A DNA stretch of 64,000 bases from the human T2T-CHM13v2.0 reference genome, Homo sapiens, in the NCBI RefSeq assembly GCF_009914755.1, contig NC_060941.1. One strand, 5' to 3'. Shown here one piece after another: positions 57,606-64,000 of this stretch. Under the pieces are notes generated by a model. The model saw nothing but the letters and a program-made list of their open reading frames with translations. It made no database searches and was not told the origin of the DNA. A program made the translations under genes and the position numbers. The first letter of the stretch is position 1, and each line of letters starts with the position of its first letter.

Positions 57606-58643
57606 ATAAATATATGTATATGTGGGGACAGGGAGTATGTGAGAAATTTCTGTACTTTCCCTTCAATTTTGCTATGAATCCAAAACTGCTTCAAAAAATA
57701 ATAAAGCCTTAAAAAATTTTTTTCCAGTATGTGTGTATTTTCACTTCTATGTAAGTCACTTCATCCACACTTTTTTTTTTACAACTTGCCTTCTTTTTTT
57801 TTCTCTCTCTCTCTCTTTATAAGAATTATATCTCAGGCAGCTTTTCAGGTTAATATACACAGATCTACCAAATTCTTTTCAATAACTGTCCTATACATTA
57901 AATAGTTATTTGGCCAGTTCCCTATTGATGGACATTAGACTATTTCCAGTTTTTAAAAATAATTTCATCTTCAGCAGCTTTGTAGATGTATCTTTGGGCA
58001 TTTGTACAGTATATACACAGAATGAATGTCTGAAAATATAATTGCTTTATTAAAAGATATAGACACTTAAAATTTTGCATATGTTACCATATTCCCTTTG
58101 AAAAGGTTTTGCCAATTCACATTCCTTCCTAAAGTATATGAGCATTTCACTACTATAAGAGTATTTTATATATTTCTTTTCTTACCTTTGAAACCGCTAT
58201 CTTTCCACATTTTTTAGTGCAACAATTGTTTTGATGGAAAATAAAAATTTAGTTTTAAAAATACATTGACAATGATTTCCTTATATTCTCTTAGAAAACT
58301 TCCCCAGTGTTGGTTACCTTAATAAGATAACTTTTTATGTATTCTTTTATCGCTACCTAAACCATTAGACTTGTGGTTTATCAGAATTTTCAGAGGCTCT
58401 CAGATCTTTTTCATTTCCTTATAGTTTATCATTGTTAACTTTAGTGATATATTTGATTTTATTTTAATATCAACAGTAATTATTAGAATGTTAATTTGAA
58501 AGTGTATATGTCATGTTAATTTAACATTTCAATAAGACTTCCCTGAGGAGTCATTCAATAAATCAGGATTTACCTTTAAAGTTCATGAAATGTAACTGAA
58601 TATACCCTGATATGACAAAACCTAAACTCCCAGATAAGCCGGC

Positions 58644-58676
58644 AACCAGCTAGCTCAGTTGGTTAGAATATGGTAC
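58644..58676 (+). pseudogene. tRNA-Ile(AAT) 5'-half retropseudogene (tailless)
   Basis: aaccagctagctcagttggttagaatatggtac matches the recalled tRNA-Ile 5' half GGCCGGTTAGCTCAGTTGGTTAGAGCGTGGTGC at 25/33, and all mismatches are transitions. It is flanked by a 12/14 direct repeat. Confidence 0.65.
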
Positions 58677-60032
58677 AAAAATTCCAGATAAAACAAATTT
58701 TACATGTTATAATTACCTTTACCTCAAAACCTACCTATTGGCTGGCCAGTTAAAGAAGCCATATAAAGTAGTGTACAAAGCAATAAATATTTCGTTAAAG
58801 GTAATGTTTTTGTTTTCAGTTTTTCTACTTGTATTATACACTCATAAAAAGCAGAGGTTGTTAAATGAAGTTCATAAAGCATTTAGGTGGTGTCTCATCA
58901 CTTTTCATTATCCTGTGACATCTCTATTCTTCATGTCTAATATGAGGTACAAATAAAAATGAAACCAAGATAATTTTATGTCAATAGCTAATTTTTATCT
59001 TGCAAGAATAATTTTTAAAAGTGCTGTGGGCTTTATTTAAGGAAGGCTTTCTGCAGAATTCACATTGCTACTGCTTTGCAAAGGTGAATGGAAAATAGAT
59101 ATATTTTCCATTTACAGATACAAAAAAACTAGGGCACAAAGAGTGAAGGTGACTTGCCAGAACATAAAATCACAGGAGCCAGCAGTCTCTTGGCTCCTGT
59201 GGCATAGTCATTAGATTGCCATATTATATTCATTTTCATATACCTTCATTTCACCTCTTAGACAAGAATAAGCTGAAATATACCAGAAAGGATATTGCCT
59301 TTTTTAAACATTGTAATATTGCCATGAATCTTTACCACTCAATTTAATGTTCGAGCAATTCCTCTGTTCAGGTTTGTATTTAATGGCTCTTAAATTACTC
59401 TTAGTATTTCTGATTTGACCAATAAAATGTGAATTTATTTAAGATATAATTAATAAAAATGGACATCGTAGGGTATATGCTTGACTTAATTTCAAATCCA
59501 AAGATATTTTATGTGTATGTATAATATTAATCTTAATAACTATTATTTTATGTTTTGTTTACATTAGTCATATATGCCTTTTCATGGATAATCTTCCAAG
59601 AATAAGCTAAAATTAAATTAGGAAATTAAGAGGTGAGCCAGTCTCATATGCCCTCTTTTGTATGGTCGAAGACCTTTAATTCTAATTTGTAATAATAATG
59701 CTCTTCAATTTGGTATCTCTTTGGCAATGATAGCTTAACCAAAATTGTGTTAATATTTACACATTTGTATTCTTAACTGGCTTCTGTTAGAGCTTATATT
59801 TTGAGATTTTGCAAAATTAAGGTAATAAAAAGTATATTTACATCACAATTTACTGTAAATAACTAATTACTTTTAAGTGCCTCATGTAAAGCCAGAAAAA
59901 TGACTAGGAGCAATATTTTCAGATTGTAGCAATTTGATATTTGGGAATATAGGCCTTGAAACAAGGGACTAAGAAGTCACACTTGTTAATACTTTCATAA
60001 CAAGTTGTTAATTTGGTGGTTTTTAAATATAG

Positions 60033-60098
60033 GAAAAATTATTGGAATCAGATAAGCAAAGGAAACAATTGACAGAAGAGCTCCAGAATGTGAAACAA
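60033..60098 (+). CDS. STXBP4: STXBP4 coding exon (probably exon 12), coiled coil
   Basis: Acceptor aaatatAG|GAA and donor CAA|GTAAGT; 66 nt, phase 0-0. Translates EKLLESDKQRKQLTEELQNVKQ. Confidence 0.94.
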
Positions 60099-60126
60099 GT
60101 AAGTATATGTATTGTGTATATATGTG

Positions 60127-60130
<4 letters not shown>

Positions 60131-60162
<32 letters not shown>
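60131..60162 (+). repeat. (TG)16 microsatellite
   Basis: Perfect TG run 33 nt after the exon donor. Confidence 0.95.
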
Positions 60163-60164
<2 letters not shown>

Positions 60165-60649
60165 CATATGAGGTATAATTATAAAGCAGTGGTTCTTTAC
60201 AATATCCCAGAGCTTCCTGATACATATTACATAATACAAAATAGCACAGAGCTTAAAAGCAATCACTTTTGGAGGCTGTACCTATGCTAAAGTCTTGCTA
60301 CTATTGCTCAAAACAATGTTAAAACCTCTTTGAAATTTCTTTGAAAAAAACATATCCATAGACCAAAATAACCAATCTCATTACTTCTCCATTGTTTTTT
60401 CTTTTCTTTCATTTCCCCTTTTTTCTTTTTCTTTTTTATTTTGTTACTCATACTTCATTTTACTAAAGAACAAAAAAGTCATCAAGGCAGAGCATTTTTT
60501 ACATTTATTTGTTAATAATAAAAAGCAAATATTTATTTTCACTTTGCATTATTCTTCAAAGAATTTGAGGTAGCTCACTATAAAACAAATATATGACAAT
60601 ATCATAAAATGAAAACCCAAATGACAAAATATAAATAAGAGAACATTGT

Positions 60650-63400
60650 TAGAGATCAACAGTGATCACCTGATTTTGAATCTCCCTCACACAGTCCCCC
60701 TAGAAAACATAAAATCAACAAAGAAAGCAGATAGAACCATACAGGACCCATATTTTGAATATGACTATGTGACAAAAAAACACCACAGCCTTTAAAGTAC
60801 ATATAAATACAACAAGAAAAATAATAATTCCAACAAAACTTCTGAAGCTTGCCTTTACTGAAACCTGGAATACAGAGAACAGAGGAGGCAAGGCTTGAAA
60901 AATTCTGAAATAAAGAGTAGAGAGAAACTATGAATTAGATGAAGAACAAACAAAATCACCCCCAGAAAGAGAAAAGGTAAACATAAATGCCAAAATACTG
61001 GCCGTATGTCAAGACTTGGTGGTTCTTAGCACTAGCTACAAAAAAAGAGACTTCAAGGTATGAATGCAATCAAAAATGGCAGCCTTGAAGAATCATTGTT
61101 TCTGAGGAAGAACCAGATCAATAGAGAATGGATAGAATTCCTTGGAGACTTCGCAATGATAGGAAAGAAGGAAATAAGAAGGGAAAATTAAGGAGCTTAT
61201 AGAAATGAAAGCAGAACACAACTTATTAATCCACCCACCCTACCCTATGACCATCAAAACAAGATCCATAGAAGAAACTGCACAGAAGAGAGTGCTCTTG
61301 AACTAAGAACTTTTTCTGTGAAATAAAAAAGTATAGAACAAAAATTCTATCTCCATCATTATAAAACGACTGAAAAAGTCAGATGATATCAATGAAAGCT
61401 TTCCTCCTGATGAAAACTTTCCAAAACAATTTAACCACAAAACTTAAGAAAAATGTAACGTCACACTCCATACTCAAGGGAATTTCCTCAAATAAGCATT
61501 TGGGCTATGAAAAACACATCTCAAATGAGAAACTTAAAAAATAGTAATAATAGATATTGATCACCCCCAAAAAAATCAGGAAAAAGTGAAATGAGAGTTG
61601 ATAAAACTTAGGAAAGAAGGAAGAGACAAAATCCTATCAGAAATGAAAACTAAATTACAAGTTGCTCCAGGAAGAATATAATCAAGTGAAAAGGCAATGA
61701 AGAAAACAAGAAAAGCAACTAGGAAAGTGAAAATATAATCAAGAAGTAAAAGAGTTTCTTAAAGAAATCAATCAAAATAACTGAACAGCCTAATACTTAG
61801 AACTATAATCCAAGAAAACTTTCTATAATTAAAACAAGACCTGAATCTAATATAGGTACTGGGGAAATCTGACCTGGAAAGATTACTGTACAATATATTC
61901 TAGTAAAATTATTAGACTTTAGAGGAAAATAAATGCACACTGCCTCCAAGTAAAAAGATTAAGCAACTTATGAAGGCAATAGAATTAGACCAGCATTGGG
62001 TTTCTCAAAACAACATGCAAAGTAAGGCAATAGTGGAACAACATTTTCAGGACATGAAAGGAAAGAAAGAAAGTATACAAAAATGTTTTATATAGCCAAC
62101 CTGACTTTAAAATATCAAGGCCATAGAAAACAGTTTGTGATATACCAGTACTAAGGGAATATTTCACACATGATATTCCTGAAGACCTTCAGATAGGATG
62201 AGTTTTATCCAACTAAAAAATGCCTAAAATAACTTTGGAAAATGTTCCCAAATGGTGAGAACTTCATATATTTTATTGTACAGGTGAGACTAAAATGAGT
62301 CAGTGCATGGATGAAAAAAATAGCATGAACATTACATGTGTTAACAAAAGTCAAAAGATGCAAATTTTTTAATGGGAGGATAAGAAAGAAAAAAGAGGAA
62401 AACAGAATACATCATTTTGTTATATAAGCAAAGCGTAGCAGTCAATAAATATTTAAAACTGATATCAGATAAAAATTAGGTAAAAATAGAGGAGATAGCA
62501 AGCACTTAAAAAGTAATAATGGAAAGGTAACCTATAGAATGAAAATACAAACCTTCATAAACACCAAAAAGAATTTTTTAAGTAAAAAGGACACACAAAG
62601 AAATGAGTAAATATACACAATAATTTCAACATAAGAAAATTTTATAGAACTGCAACCAAACATAATGGTTATCTTAATTAACATGAATAAGATCAACTCA
62701 CCTATTTTTTAAAAAGTTTTTCAAAAAATATAGTTTGCCAAAACTGACCGGAGTAAAGATAGAAAGCCTAAAAGGCCATTTTCTGTAGAAGAGATAAAGT
62801 AAGTTATCAAGAAACTATTCTAGATAAAAGGACCAGGGAAGATGGTTTCACAGAGAAATTTAACCAAACCTTTGACAGTCTCAAAACTATATAAATTGTT
62901 TCAGGGTATAAAAAATGAAAGAAATTTTCCAAATTCTTTTCATGAAGCAAGTATAGCGTTGATGTATAAACTTAATAAAAATGGCACAAAAAAGAAGATA
63001 CAGTTAGACTAGAAAAGCAATTAGAGGCATATGACTTGGAAAAGAAAAAATAAAACTGTCTTTTTTTGCAGATGATATGGTAGTAATCTGGAATACCCTA
63101 GAGAGTGATAAAAGTAACTCAGTAAGTTGATAAGCTAGCAAGATATAAAATTAAGATGCAAAACTAAATTGCATCCATATACACAAATAATAACCAGTTA
63201 GAAGTTTTAATAGTTAAAGAGAAACCAAAATTATATAGAAAAATAGGCAAAAGACCTGAACAGATAATTCATCAAAAAAGCTATAAAAATGTCCATTAAA
63301 CAAATGAAAAGATACTCAATCTCTTTCTCTCATAATAAAAGAAATGCCAGTTAAATCTATACTACCATAGAACTTCTAGCTTCTAAAATCATTAAGTCAA
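60650..63400 (+). mobile_element. Old L1M fragments (5' region, ORF1 and ORF2)
   Basis: A-rich degenerate L1 motifs (ttttgcagatgatatg, gatggtttcacagagaaattt); boundaries approximate. Confidence 0.7.
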
Positions 63401-63611
63401 ACCGTCTAAAGAATGATGACATTCATTGGGGGATGACGGAGGACATCCCCCAATAAAAAATAACTCCAGAACCTAAACATTTAATAATAAGCAACTACCA
63501 AAGGAATTGGAGAATGAACATCATCAGACAAATTGCTCCTCCTGGAAGAGAAGCAGAATATTAACATGTACCTAGAAGTAAGAAGTAAAAATTACATGAA
63601 ATGGTATTCTT

Positions 63612-63910
<299 letters not shown>

Positions 63911-64000
63911 TGAAATGGTATTCTTAGAGAGGTGTCACTCCTTTCTGTATCTTTTATGAACAAGGAAAATTGAAAATACACCTGCCTATTTTTGTAAAAG

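Noticed and set aside
58638-58720. Functional tRNA gene
   Set aside because: Only the 5' half is present; there is no B-box, T-arm or acceptor 3' strand.
59995-60290. His-Thr and Val-Cys repeat ORFs
   Set aside because: They are translations of the (TG)n microsatellite adjoining the real exon.

Overview
This is human (primate) genomic DNA: AT-rich, with dense Alu, L1, L2 and MIR repeats. It holds nine internal + strand coding exons of STXBP4 (Synip, 17q22), covering about residues 16-337: the PDZ domain, an EF-hand-like segment and the start of the coiled coil. All nine exons have GT-AG sites and splice in frame (964 nt). The largest intron (20533-44108) carries a ~7 kb antisense HERV-W (HERV17/LTR17) processed pseudogene. 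Its structure is R-U5-gag-pro-pol-deleted env-U3-R-polyA, with an L1-type target-site duplication (TSD) and an Arg-tRNA primer-binding site. A complete HERV-H solo LTR7 with its own 5-bp TSD lies about 30 bp upstream of this promoterless copy, in the same orientation. This LTR7/HERV-W juxtaposition is the best candidate for an undescribed functional unit: a captured promoter driving a transcript antisense to STXBP4. Other notable items are an internally deleted L1PB that keeps both termini, nested in an older L1; a probable tailless half-tRNA-Ile retrocopy; and a possible PDZ-only isoform made by intronic polyadenylation. Most short ORFs in the track are repeat-derived noise. Gene, repeat-subfamily and variant identities come from recognition and memory, not from database searches.
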